From Paramecium tetraurelia (Eukaryota): a stretch of 64,000 nt of DNA. The stretch covers positions 128,728-192,727 of the forward strand of contig CT868219.1 in NCBI GenBank assembly GCA_000165425.1, read 5' to 3'. The position numbers were made by a program, and so were the translations under genes. The notes below the pieces were generated by a model. That model was not told the DNA's origin and searched no databases. It saw only the letters and a program-made list of their open reading frames with translations. Below, one piece after another: positions 38,410-52,549 of the stretch; within the stretch, counting starts at the first letter, position 1; every line of letters begins with the position of its first letter.

Positions 38410-38834
38410 TCATAATTTCTTTACTCCTTATAAGTAGTTTTAAAAGTCGTTTTATGATGATATGATATTTTCTATGTTACTTTTAATGATTTTTGACCTT
38501 CTTTAGAAGAGAATCTGCTTTTTTTCGTTCGTTTGTTAAAAATTTTCATATTGTGTAATCAATCTCTTAAACTAGATATTAATGCTAATTACACTTTTTA
38601 TTAGTCAATAATATTAGATTTGTTTTCTTATAACAATTCTATTGCTTCATTAAGCAATTCAACTAAAGACATCTCTCTCCAACTATTTAAAGGTACATTA
38701 ATTGATCTGTCAACCTTTTTGGTCTTTGTTTCAGTTAAGTAGATAGATGTATTTGATTCTTTTTAAGAGGTTTCTGACGGAAAGTTGAATGATTTGCCAA
38801 AACTTGATGATCTTTTAGGGGCTGATTAATTCAT
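38410..38834 (-). CDS. Small hypothetical protein
   Basis: MNQSAPKRSSSFGK..; needs one 23-nt intron near 38572-38594. Confidence 0.55.
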
Positions 38835-39594
38835 GTTTAACAGATAAATTTTTAATAGAAAACAATAAAAATATTACAATTGAACTAATGATTAAATAGA
38901 AAATGTTTAATAAATAAAAATCATATACTAATGTGTATAGATATAACAATAATTTAAACCAACAATTTTAAAATATAACATTTAATAATTTTGAAATTAT
39001 GTAGCTCTAACTATTCGTAGAGATAATAGATTAGTTTTATTTGAAAAGAACGATATAGAAAAATTGAACCAGACATATTTTTCTTTTTCATCTATTAATA
39101 TTCTTAATTTTGACGAAGGTTTTCATAACCTTATATGTTTTTAAGGAAAAATTGTACTAAAATACCTAATTTTGATTATTCTTTTAAAAATATATTACTA
39201 AAGAAGCCAAAGTTATAGAAATTATCTCATCCTATTAAATTAATCGCTTAAAATATTGGATTGTACAATAAAAATAATACAATATCATTTTTCCATCATT
39301 TGCTATTGATATTGCTTGTAATCGCTTTTAGATTTTATCTAGCATATTATTTGGGAAAGAATACTCGTTATTTAAAGATTTCTTAATTTATCATCCAGTA
39401 CTTCTTAAACAGTAAATAAGAAAATTTGATAATTATAATTTTTACTTTTCTATATCATTAGATTGGAAATAAATGGAAGCCTAATCATATTATAATACGT
39501 TTATTCTGTGAATAATTGAATTTTTATTATAAATTAGGCTGGTTTTACAGATTTTATGAGGGCATTTTATTAATTGTAAAAATTAATATTAAAA

Positions 39595-41304
39595 ATGGAT
39601 AAAAGTGTTGAATCTCTTTTTACGTCAGATTTTTGGAGATAAGTGAATCAATAATATTTTATGGTAGAAACACCAATCTCGTTGAGTGTTTAAAAAAAAT
39701 TATACAAAAAATGTAGGTGTTAATGTTAGTTTTAGCTTCTCATCTTGTAAGTATATAAACTTAAGGATTGATAGAAAAAATATTGAAACCTTCGAAAAAA
39801 AATAGATCCCAGGTTCAAAAGTTAAATGACAATAACTTGAGGATGCATTTAAGTTTAATGTTAATGTAAAGAGAAAAATCATTCGAGCCAATTCAAGAAT
39901 TAATTGATGATATGATTGATAAGATTTGCGAGTAAGAATTAAGAGACGGCTTGGTATCAAATAAGGCGTTGCTCAAAAATATGCATTAATTACCTTTAGA
40001 AAAATAAATGGAGATTTTATAATAAGAAGCGCAAATATTATAATGTATACAGCAATAGATAGATTGGCCTGATCAATTGGAATAAGTGATAATGGAATTG
40101 GAAGATGATTTGATCAGAGTTTAAGACAAGAATATCAAATAACTTAATAAGTAAGTTTTTTCTTAAGTTTTAGTCTTGCAGGACATTTGGAAGAAATCAA
40201 TAAATAACTACTATATGAATATACAATTAAACAAATAAGTTAATTTACATTAAGAATTTCAAGAAACCGAGTTCAACATCAATAGAATGAATTAGAGAAT
40301 CTAGAAAAATTGATCATACATTATTAAGATTATTAAGCAGCTGAGTCAATGGGAAAGGCCATTTATAATCCAGAAAGTAAAAATTTATACAAATCAATAG
40401 CAAACCTTGTGACTGTTACTTTCGATTCATTTTTAAGCAGAACTCCAATAGATTTAAAACTGGATTAATTTCAAAATTTCTAAAGACTTCGAGAAGTGCA
40501 ATTAGAGTTAAGCGTTTAGTAATAGGAAATATAAGAAGAGGCATAAACTATGGTTTCGATTCAAACTGAAATGTGTCATAGTTGTAGATAAATGATAGAA
40601 ATAACCAATTTATAATAATGTAAATACAATCATGTAAATATGAATTTACATTAATACAATGAGGAAATACTGATCTAATAGAGATATGCAATTACATAAA
40701 AATAAATGCAATAATTCTACATAGATCTTTATTCTGCTAATTATATTATAGAAAGTAAATACAAATATTTATTATAAGATAATTAAATCCAGTGTTAAAA
40801 ATATTTTTGTTTTAAATGCTTGAAGTATGAATTTGATTAATATGATATTTCTGAGCCCAACTGGATTTGTCCTTTATGCAAGGTATGCAATTTATGCTAT
40901 TTAAGGGATTATGCACATGTATTAGATGCTAAAGAACTGATTCTATTTACAAATTAAAGAGAACCTTTTTGGAGATTGGAGGTAACTTAGATACCATGTA
41001 TTAATAATCAATCTTTGAGATGTTAGTTGAAAACAAAAGAAAACTAATTTAAAATATTCCATTAGATTTCATAAATATTTAAAAATTGCAATCAGAAAAT
41101 GAAGAGACACTTACTCCAAAAGGTTTATGTTAGAACAAGAATAGGATAAATAAAAAGATCAAAAAAAAGAAGAGCAGTGAAACTACAATAGTTGGAAAAA
41201 CATAATCATTGATTATGGATACATCTTCATCATCAATTAAAATCAAGAAAATAAAGGAATATAAGCGACTTATTCCTAATGAAAGTACTATTTTTTTATA
41301 ATGA
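39595..41304 (+). CDS. zf-4CXXC_R1 (CDCA7/JPO1-type) zinc-finger protein
   Basis: CHSCRQ..C..(insertion)..CQKYFCFKCL..WICPLCKGLCTCIRCQR; multi-exon. Confidence 0.75.
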
Positions 41305-41359
41305 TCTATATTAATCTTTATTGCTAACATTATAAATTCAGTAAATAAATCAATATGAT

Positions 41360-42058
41360 TCAGATTTCTGTTAATAAATTATCAATCTTCTACATTGACT
41401 ACTGTCCAATTTTGGAGAACTAAGAGTTGTTAATTTGCTAAGGTACTCCATTGAAATTTTACGCAACGTATGGATTTTAATATTATTACATGTATTAAGA
41501 CGCTTAAAAATTTATTGGGGGAGGACTCTGAGAATATATGGGAACTTGATTCTGATGTTGAATGGGCAAGTTTTAATTTTATTACTGTAAGTAATTTTAT
41601 TACTATTGAGAGTAATTATAGTAATTATGATACTATCCATAGATATAAGGATCTATATAATCTAAAATATCCTTCTTCATGTTCGATATCATTAGCTCTT
41701 ATTTTTTTATTAATTGCTCTTCTAATTGTTTTAATTCTAGTTATCTCTACTCATTTTTTTTTCTTTCTTTTTCTTCTTTTTCTTCCTTTTTCTTTTATAA
41801 GCTCTTTTCATCCAGCATGTATTATTGCTAGTATGGATTAAAGTTCTGCATATAAGGTACAAATGTTTATGGTTATTATAGAGGGTAACCAGAAGGATTA
41901 TAGAATATTTAATTATTTAAGTGTTGAGGTTCCCTTGGCGGCATACCTTAAAAATTATAACCTTGCGGTGCTCTATGATTTAAGGTAAAGACTCTATCTT
42001 GTAATTCTTTAAGTCTTCTATCAAATTAGTATTACCCAAAATCAACTCCTAATGACAT
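41360..42058 (-). CDS. Hypothetical Q/P/Y-rich protein with central charged coiled coil
   Basis: Intronless 232-aa ORF MSLGVDFGQYQFDRR..LLTEI*. Confidence 0.7.
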
Positions 42059-42107
42059 TAAAATAAGTTATTAAAATTAACAATTACAAATTATAAGAAT
42101 AAATTAA

Positions 42108-43608
42108 TCAATTTAAGTATTTTGATAAGCATCGCTCCAATCGAGTAGCTGCATGTATAAAGTGTAATTCTATAATAAAACTAAAAAAGTACTTTCATAA
42201 GTTCTCCTTTGACCTTCTACTTTCATTCTCTATACAGTATATTCATCGGGATTATCTAGAAGTTTTGAATAATCCAACCATAAGAATTTAGGCCAGATAG
42301 TAATATTTCCTTCGTACTTTTGTATCAATAAATTAGACATTCTACACACCATTTTAGGCAGAAATCCTATACTCATAATTTACTGAATTCGGTATTTAAT
42401 TTCCCCTAAAATAAATTGCACTAATTTATCAGTAATCTTATGAATAATAGTATGGTCACTTCGATGAGATGTAAGAAAGGGGAAAACCCAAGGATTAGTT
42501 TGTGATACAATTGTATAATTGATGTTAAATTGTTCAGCCAATTATTACATAGGCAGATCTGCACTTATTGATCCATCTACATATTTGATTTCACCTTCAA
42601 AGATTTCCCCTTCTTCATTTTTATAGTATAAATGAGAGGCTCCATAAACTCCAGGTAGAGAGCAAGAACAACAAACTGCTGACCACACTATTACATTAGG
42701 AGAGTTAATATAATTAAGCAAGCAATCAGATGATGAACAATCCTTTCCAGTAACCATAATGTTCATAATTCTTCCTGTATTCTTATATGCTTCCAAAAAT
42801 GTGACATCTCCATAAGCTTTCTGTAAAAATTACTTCATTTGTTCCTTCTCTAACATGTAACCTTTTGTTAACAATCTACTTAACTTGTCTAGAATGTCAA
42901 ATTAGGTTTTTTGTTCAAACATGGAGTAATCATAATATTTTGGTTAAAAAATTGTTTGAATATCTGTTGCTGTTCCTACTAAACTGACTAATATAGCCCC
43001 TGCTGAACTACCAGTCATAACTTTAGGTAAAATATGCTGTTTATCCAAAATATTAGCTATTCCACAACTATACAATCCCATGATTGCTCCACCTGAAAAT
43101 AACAATGCAGTTTGACCAATGGCCTTTTGTAATTCTTGGAAAAATTGAGTTTTATTTGGAAATTCAGAGTTAAAAAGAAATTCTAAACATTTTTCATATT
43201 CCTAAGAATAGTTTAAGAATAATTTACTTCTTAAAATTCTTCTATTAAATTCTTTGTTTTTGTGAAAGCGTGAGAATAGAGTTTTGGATTGAGAATATTC
43301 CCTATATTTCTATTGGCATTTTATCTAAGCAGCTAGCAAATTAGAGGGATATTCTTTTCCTATTTTGCCATTCTCAACTTTTGACTCAAACTCTTAATGT
43401 ATTTGTATTGATATAAATTGGATTCCTCCTTTTATAACCACTACTATATATAATCTTATTAATCGTGTTCCTTCACTAATTACTGCCATTTCTCATAGTT
43501 CTCTTCTTTTTCGATTATTCTTAAAAACTTTTATCTTGCACGATTCTTTTCAAAAAGCATGGTGACACATTCCAGAAGATACTTGATTAGTTTAAAGATG
43601 ATGTTCAT
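42108..43608 (-). CDS. Patatin-like triacylglycerol lipase (SDP1/TGL type with DUF3336)
   Basis: TALLFSGGAIMG, GSSAG nucleophile, YVDGS, LLNYINSPNVIVWSAVCCSC, IVSQTNP. Confidence 0.92.
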
Positions 43609-43871
43609 TATATTAAATAATGGTTATTGGATAATCAATTATTGTGGTTTAAAACTTAATTTTATAATATTGTATATGATAATCTTATTTTAAATATTTG
43701 ATGACATTCAAGATTATTAATTTAAATATTTATATAAAACTAGGTTTTAGATGTACAGGACATTAATGCTATAAAGCAAATGAGAAGTATAATAAAAATG
43801 GAAATACTTCTAGATATCAAATTAAAATCTATATAAAATATTAATTACCCGTTTTTTATTATATTAAATAG

Positions 43872-45436
43872 ATGAAATAAATAGTGCTTTTTGCATTGTT
43901 GGCATGTGTTGTTCTCACACATAATGATATTAAGCATGTGCAAGAATTACTTTTTGAACTGAAGGAGGAAATTCATGAACAAATCGTAGCTTTAGATGCT
44001 GAATGGGTGTTGTAATAGAAAGTATTGATTATTAAATATGATAAAGATGAAATAAGCAAGCATTTAGGCATTAAGATAAACAAAGACTGATCAAGAGGCT
44101 GATTGTGATAGAAGAGATGAGAATGTAATCAATAAAAAAACAGAAATCTAAGAAATGTCTGATTTAATTGCATGGATTGAACACAGAATTCACGTCAATA
44201 ACAATAGAATTCAAACTATTGAAGATCTATAATGTAGACAATCTTTGAACTTTGTTGACACTATCAGAGATGACAAAATTTCATTAACAGTCTCAGTATT
44301 TGTTAAGGAATAACTTGAAAAAATTGTATCTGAAGGCACCTCATTTGCATAAAAATCATAAGCTATGAAAAATATCCTCTCATTCCTTTAAGACATAAAG
44401 GAGTAGAAATATGAATTTTTGGAATTGACAAGAACAATGGAAATTGAAAGAGAGGAAAATCCTAATATGATTGAAACACATATGGGTCCAATTGAAATGA
44501 AGAAGTTCTAAGAAGTTAGAAACGAAATCTTAGCAGTTTTGGATGAATTAGAGGCTCATATCAATTCTCATATTCCAGTTGCACAAGCTGATATGATCAG
44601 AGTTGGATTAGCTTATCTTGAATGGAAGTAAAGAATCCTCAAAGAAAATGAATTCTTTGAATAAAAGATTGTTGAATTAGGAAAACAATTAGTATATTAA
44701 ATTTATCTAACATTCTTAGGAAAACTTACGTGACTAATTGCTCGCTTTAGAATACAGTGCTCAACAATGCAGAGAAAGAGTAAAAGACATTGAAAGAGCT
44801 GTTGAAGTAGCAAAAAATGATGGTGTACTAGCTTATAATGATTATGTTGATGAACATCAAAGATTACTTAAACAATTAGCTATCTTCGCATAATTATATG
44901 AATTATATGATAAAGAAATTGACAACAAAACAACCGATGAAGAAAAAGAAGCATTGACAGTAATAATTTAACATTATCAATTAGCAAGAAAGAAATGATC
45001 ACATAATAGTTGGTGGAGATAAGAATTCATTACCTCCTTAATATAGAGACGAACCAGAGGAACCCCATATTTTAGGTGCAGACGAGAGTTCCCTACCTCC
45101 TTAATACAGAGATGAGCCAGAAGAACCTCTTATTGTGGGTGGTGACTCAAGCTCATTACCTCCTGAACATAGAGAAGAATCAGAAGAGGATATACACATT
45201 GTTGGAGGAGACTCAAGCTCATTGCCTCCTGAATACTAAGAACCTGTAGAAGTTCCTCAATTAGAAGAAACAGAAGATTAAGAATAAGTAATTTTGTTTC
45301 TTATATCCAGTTATTGATCAAAAAAGGTCCTTTAAAACTCAGAGAAATTGAAACAGCACCATCATACAAGAGATCCGATTTCATTTTACTCTAAATGAAA
45401 TAAAGAAAGACAGAATAGGATGAAGTAATTTTATGA
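43872..45436 (+). CDS. Trichocyst matrix/granule-lattice-like secreted coiled-coil precursor with C-terminal tandem repeats
   Basis: Signal MKQIVLFALLACVVLT; acidic heptads; IAWIEHRI..IEDLQCRQSLNFV pattern; four short introns. Confidence 0.7.
45000..45250 (+). repeat. Four about 63-nt coding repeats (xIVGGDxxSLPPxYRxEPEE)
   Basis: HIIVGGDKNSLPPQYRDEPEE / PHILGADESSLPPQYRDEPEE / PLIVGGDSSSLPPEHREESEE / IHIVGGDSSSLPPEYQEPVE. Confidence 0.9.
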
Positions 45437-45557
45437 TGATTTCCAATACCAATCATTATATAAATTAATTTGAATAATTTATCATAGAATTTAGTTCTTA
45501 GTTTGGCTATAAATATTTATCATGAAACTATATAGAATCACAAAAAAAGTAAAGTAA

Positions 45558-48556
45558 TCAGTTTCTTTTAAATGGCTTTTTTTGGCTCTCAGTAAATGTC
45601 AACTTCATTCGGCTTAGCTTTTCCTTTTATTATTATATTTCTAATCTTAAATCTTCTATTGTTTTATCCGTATTATCAATCTAAATCACTGTTTTATTTG
45701 GTGTTTTTATACCTGTATTAATATTAGGGCTTCCAAAGCTTTAAGATTTATTGCCTCAATAATAATATTAAATATTACTCAATTATGTAGTTTATCTATT
45801 TTAAATGGGTGATTTTTATATATTTCTATTTGGAGATTAAGATTTCATTTTGGTAGGCTGTTAAATGATATTTTCTAGTTGAGTGATTTACAATTAGTAA
45901 TCCTATTAAATTGAATCAACTTTTTTTTCTTATCTAAGTTTGAGCTCTTAGTATCTCTATTCAAAATATTATCTCTCCTTATTCATTGTATATTCAGAGA
46001 ACTGCTACTAAGATATTCTAAAATATTATGATAAAAATACAATTCTTCTTATTATTCTTTAATAAGTTTATTTAAGTTCATCAATTCTAGTTCATAATTT
46101 TACTTTTATTCAATGAATAGTTATTCTTGTAATTACAACTGTTTTTAGAACTCTTCATTTTCTTTATTAAGTAATGAAATTTGAGTTTTAAATTCGTTAT
46201 CATTAGCTTTAGACATTATCAATTATTCTATTTACTATTATTTTTATTTTAATTTAATTTAGCCTTCTTCATAAATTAATTATTCTGATTGCTTAAATTG
46301 TTTCTTTAAATTATCTAATTTTTTTTCCATTTCTAAGTTCAATTACTCAATTTCAAATTATTTATCATTTTCTATCATCTACAATTTATTTTCTGTTATC
46401 ATCAATTATTTTTTATAAAGATTTTGCATTATTAATTTACAATCACTTTCTAATTACTTATATTTATTTATGAGTGTATTCTTTAATTCTATTAGTTAGA
46501 TGGTTGTCAATTCCTTTTATCTACTTACAGTTCTAATTATTCTCTATTTTAGAGTTTTTTATTTAAATTTATATTCTTCAAGCTAAACTTATAATTGATT
46601 TTTTTCATGATTTAAAATACTGATTTGTTTTCCTATTTCATCACTCTACATTTTATCTTTCTTGATCATATCTTAAATCTCCTATTTGGCACATTCTAAT
46701 TAGTCATTATTTGATTCTAAATCTTAAATAATTTATTGATTTTAAATTTGTAAGAACTCTATTTAATTATTACTTTCAATTTGATCTTTTTACAATTCAA
46801 TAATAATTTTATTCTGCTCTTCAAATTTCAATTTAAATTCATTTCTTTATTTTCTATTCTCAGATTATTATTCTTATAATTAAGATTATATTTTGTTATT
46901 TTCTTCATTAAAATTATTTTGCAATAGCATTAATTTTTAATCTTTTTCTTATAATTCTATATTATGTAATTCTTCTTTCTTCTTAATTTCATCCAAACAT
47001 CGTTTAATATCATCCTTATGTTATCTCAATTTTTATTCTATTTCTTATCCTAATCTTTATAATGAGAATGATCCCTAAATTTAAATGTCTAATAGATGTT
47101 AGACATGTTATAAAAATTATTAATATTATTAGTTCTCCTTATCAATTTCAGCTATATAATCTTAGTTTTCTCTTATCGTGTTTAATGTTTATTCTTAAAA
47201 TATTTTAATATCATCCAATTCTGCCAATAAGGCTTTTAATTTTTAATCTTTTTTTGTGATATCCAATTCTAGATTTCTATTTTTATTCTCTAATTCCTAC
47301 TAGTCCTAAGTTTACTAATTTAATTCATCATTTAATTAATTAATTTCTTATTCAAGATTTTATTATTACCTTTACATTTTCTCCTGTTCCAAATTTTATT
47401 GATATAATTTATCTTTTAATATTTTGACTTCCTTAATAAGGTCTTAGATTTATTTATCTTTATCTATTACAACTTATTCAAAGGAAATGGTTAGATTTTC
47501 CTCTAGATTTAACTTTTCAACTAAGAATTATTGTTCCAAATCTTAAAATTATTTTGTATATTATTATTCCATCTATTTGAGATTTTATTTATGATTAGTT
47601 TATAATTAATTTAATTGATTTTCAGATTCTCTGATTAGTTCCTAAAATTCATCCAATTATTCTTATTAATATTACTAAATATTTTAAGCCTCTTTTAATC
47701 TATTTTTCAATTCATTAATTTTGTTATTACTTTTTTCTTTTAATTAATCAAGTAGTTCTTTTTACTTAGATAATTCTTGATGTTTTTTTGTCTTAAGTTT
47801 CTCAATTTCATTCTTATATAATTCTATTTCCTAATCCAATTAAATATTGAGATCCATTTACTGTTATGACTTTCTTTTCAATTCAGTCAATTCTTTTAAT
47901 GCACGTTCACATTCATTTTTAAAGTCTCTATTTTATCTATCTAACTATTGATTTTATTGGTTAAGAGAGTCATTTCTTGATCTCATATCATTTATATCGG
48001 AGTTTAATTGTTTATATCGTTAGTCACATTATTACAAATTTTCTTTGGTAAGTAAATTCTCTTTCAATAATTATTGTTCTTTGGATTGTAATTCCTTTAT
48101 TTGCTTATTGAACTTATCATTTTATTGTTAATATTTCTAATTTTGAAATTTAAATTTACTTGAAGTTATGTTTCTGAAGCTTCTAGCAAATCCTAAAGTT
48201 CCTAAATTTCTCTAATTTGTTATAATTGAAATTCTCTTTGCTTAGAATCAAACTCTTATATTATGGTCTCTTCCCTTTCCAAAAATTCTCGTTTTATCTA
48301 ATCATTCAGTGCCTATTCTTATCTTAATTCTGCTTATAAACGATGAATCTCATCTGTAAACTATTTGGAGAAGGCTTCAAGAGTGATTTCTTTGATTCTA
48401 TTAAACACTATGCTCTTGGAGTCCCTATTCGATTCAATAGCTTAGTCATGTAAAATCTTCGTTGAGATATCCAACAAGCACTCTAAGCAAACAATTTATA
48501 TGGATATTACATTCTAATTGAGATTGACTATTAAATAGTTTAGATGATGATAGCAT
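45558..48556 (-). CDS. Large Q/E/K-rich coiled-coil protein
   Basis: Roughly 950-1000 aa of heptad-rich sequence in the ciliate code; first intron near 48483-48510; ends KKPFKRN*. Confidence 0.75.
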
Positions 48557-49658
48557 GTTTAACGTATATATAAATATGAAAAAATTAATTGTTTTTTCAA
48601 TTAAGTATTCATTTTTAACATGCAAGCGAATTCGCATTAAGTTCCACCATCAACCAGCAGAAAATGATAATTAAAGCATATTTTAAGGTTGAGAATAAAT
48701 ATATAGAGCAGATAAATTAAAAATGAAGATGTCAAATAGAGTTGATTTTTGTATAATAGTTAAGGATGCTATAATTTACTCTTTATTAAATGATTATCCT
48801 CTTAAATCTGACATATGATATTATTTTATCAGTTTTACACACTAATAAAATAATTTAAAAACATCATAAAACAAGAAATTTTATCTTTAGATTCATTAAA
48901 CAAGACTTTGTATATTGGATCGTCTTCAAAAAATTTGTAATAAAGGAGGAGTTGAAATTTAAACATTGTTTATTTAGCAACCTTTCCAATACTCTCCTCT
49001 ACCTTAAGCTATTTTGAAAAATATGGAGGAAATCAAATAGAATTTAAGAATATTAATGAGAATTGTCAAATTCATGATTATTAAATAAAAAGTAAGGATA
49101 GACAAATTCAAGCTCTTTTTTTTATACAGATGAAGACCCAAATTAAATTGAGATTAGAATCAAAGATTGATAAAAATTTTAGAATTTCTTTTGCTTTTTA
49201 TATAAGTTAATGCTACATTACAATTTCTGTATTCTGAATAATTGCCATCTATTCTTCTTAAACAAAAACAATTAGATTATAAAATAAGTTTGGGTGAAAT
49301 CGATCAACATAAACTTACATTTATTGAGTCATTCCATATTTATTTGAATACTTATTGAGAGGATTTATCAAGGAATCTCTTCAACAAAAAGATGATTTAT
49401 AAAATAACATTAAAAAGATTGAATAATAATACATGATGAGAATGACAAAGAAAGAAACTCAAATTTTAAAAATACCAACATGTTAAGATTAGTTATTTTA
49501 AGAATAAATAATATTTGATTCAATATTTTAAATGTTATAAATTACAATGAAGATGCTAAAACAATTCTAAAGGATATAAGCTTTCCTTATATTTAGAAAA
49601 TACTCTTATCACTTTGAGTTATTTTATATTATAAAAATTAAATAAAAATCTTGTGACC

Positions 49659-52549
49659 ATGAATTTTTGGTGTTTTTTAATGTTGATTCTGCTTCAGCAA
49701 TCCTACTCTAGATTTTTTGGACTAACTAATAAATTGAGTAGTTAAAAACTAAAAGTAATAATATTACCTCACTCACATGATGATGTAGGTTGGTTAGATA
49801 CTGTTGATGAAATATATTTAAGAGGACCTGGTGTTAAAAACATTATTTCTTCATATATTAATGCATTGCTGGAAAATAAAGATAGGAAATTTGTTTAGGT
49901 GGAAATTGTATACTTTGAGAGATGGTGGAATGAGCAAAATGTTTTGATGTAATAGAAAGTAAAAGGCCTAGTTGAGAATGGTTAATTGAGTTTTGCTGCA
50001 GGAGGATTGGTGATGAATGATGAAGCCACACCATATTATGAAGACATTATAGATTAAATTACATATGGACATGAATTTTTATTCAAAACATTTAATTTTA
50101 TTCCAAAAGTGGGATGGCAAATTGATCCATTTGGACATTCAAATGCATAGAGCATATTATCGCATCTATTTGGTATGGAAGCATCTTTTTATGCGAGAAT
50201 TGATTATTAAGATAAAGAATAACGGTAGAAACATAAAGAATTAGAAATGATTCACGTCCCTTACACAACAAGCAAATAAAATTATCCAATCTTAATACAT
50301 GTCAATTATTTTCATTACTCAAGTCCTCCTCGTTTTGATTTCGATCCATTACGAAATTCAGGAGGTTATGTGAATGATCAAAATGTTTAATCAAAGGCTG
50401 ATGATCTAAATCAATATTTCGTAAGGCAAGGTTAATCTTACAGAGGCTAAATCATAACTCATACTCTAGGAGATGACAATGAATGGTCTAATTCGAAATC
50501 CTATTTTGAAAATATGGAGAAGGTGATTAATTACATAAACTCTCATCCAGAAAAGTACAATGTTGTAATTAAATTTGGAACTCCATAAGATTATGTCAAA
50601 GAAATCAATGAATATTCTGATGAAATCTTCTATCCAACCAAAAATGATGACTTTTTCCCTTATGCTGACAAATAACACTGTTATTGGACAGGGTATTTCA
50701 CAAGCAAAGTGGCATTTAAAGGTTTTGTGAGATACACTGGAAGATATTTCTAACAACTGAAAACCTTTGTTTCATATTAATTTGCTACAAAAAATTAAGA
50801 CATCTTAGATCTCAAACAACCACTCTTAAAAGCATTAAAAGAATTAGGCTATGCGTTAGGAGTATCTTAACATCATGATGCTGTTACAGGCACATCAAAG
50901 GATCACGTGACAAAAGATTACGTTAAGATTCTACATAGAGATTTGACCACAATGAACAAAGAATTCCATAGATTGTTGAAGATTGTGATTTAAAAGGATT
51001 TGGATGAGAAAAACATTGATTAACTCTATTAATATTCATACAATTCCACATCATCAGAATGTGCTGAAGTCTATGATAATCTATAGATCAATAAAACTAT
51101 TCTATTGACAGTTGTAGACACTAAAGTGAATGAAGGTGATTAAGATATCATCAAAATTAAGGTACCTAAAATACCACTTAATATAATTGATACTCAAAAC
51201 AAACCAATTCAAGGAGATGTTATCTGTAGTAATCCAAAAGATGAGTAAGATTGCACACTCTATTTCAATTACAAAATCAAAAAAGGAGTTCAATACTACA
51301 AAATCAAATAAGGTAAGAATAATGAAGAATCATCTGCAAAGATAATTGCTTCAGAAACTTTTACAAACATCACTGCTAATACTAAAATATCACTTGATAA
51401 TGGACCTGAGTTTTAGTTGCAATACAAATACTATGTTGCTTCTACTGATAATGTGTAACCAAGTGGTGCTTACATTTTTAGACCTTCAGGAGGAGCCTAA
51501 GTTTATGGATCCATCTAAGAAGTTAGAGTATTTAATGGAACTGTTGTGACTGAGTTGAATATTGAACGATCTAATGTTAATACATGGATAAGGAAATATA
51601 AGATATAGGACAATCAATATGAAGTGGAAACTTTTGTAGATTCTATTGCCAAAGAATAAAATAAAGGAAAGGAAGTTATCGTCATCTTTAAGAGCGAAGA
51701 CATTAAAAATCAAAAAGTATTCTACACTGATTCAAATGGAATGGATTTATAATAAAGAAAAATAGGGTTTCGGGAAACTTGGAGTCTTCAAAGTAATGAA
51801 TTTGTTGCTGAAAACTATTATCCCATAAATGGTATCATTTAAATTAAGGATCATGCCAGTCATAATGTTATGGCAGTAGTTAATGACAGATCTTAAGGTG
51901 GATCCAGTTTCAACGATGGAGAAATTGAAATTATGATTCATAGAAGAATGTATTCAGATGACAGAAGGGGAGTTGCTGAAGCATTAAATGAAGAAGAAGA
52001 TAATCCATAATGTAAAAATTCAGCGTAATAAAACTGTTCCAAAGTGGTTGGACTTAGATAAAACATTATTCATAAATTATTATTCTTTGATCAAGAGAAG
52101 AATCCAAATCTAGCAAGAAAAGCTTAATTATATTTAGATTTTCAACCAATTAAGGTTTTTGCAATTGATTCTTAAGAATCATTCACTGAAAATCTAGAAA
52201 TACAACCAACCTAATCTCTATTGAACTAAATTTAAGTTGTTAATCCAAATGGAGATGCTATTATCAAACTTTACTTGATACCAAGAGAGGAGAATAATGA
52301 ATATTTACTTAGAATCCATAATATGTAAGAGTAATCCAATGTCAAAATCTCATTCCCTAATGATATTTCAACATAAGAAACAATTTTGAGTGGTCTTAGA
52401 TAATGGTCAGAATAATAAAAATTAAGATTCGGTAATTACTATAAATATTTATTTTAGTTTGGAAAAAAAATGAGGTTTAAGATTCTATTTATGTACCATT
52501 AGATGAGGTTGCTCCATAGCAAATTAAGACATTTGTAATTAAAATTTGA
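49659..52549 (+). CDS. Lysosomal-type alpha-mannosidase (GH38)
   Basis: Signal peptide; PHSHDDVGWL, GWQIDPFGHS, ARIDYQ, DDFFPYAD..YWTGYFTS, QHHDAVTGT, FYTDSNG, NDRSQGGSS. Confidence 0.96.

Noticed and set aside
45005..45215. IVGG repeats as trypsin-like protease N-termini
   Set aside because: No protease domain follows; the motif sits in low-complexity repeats.
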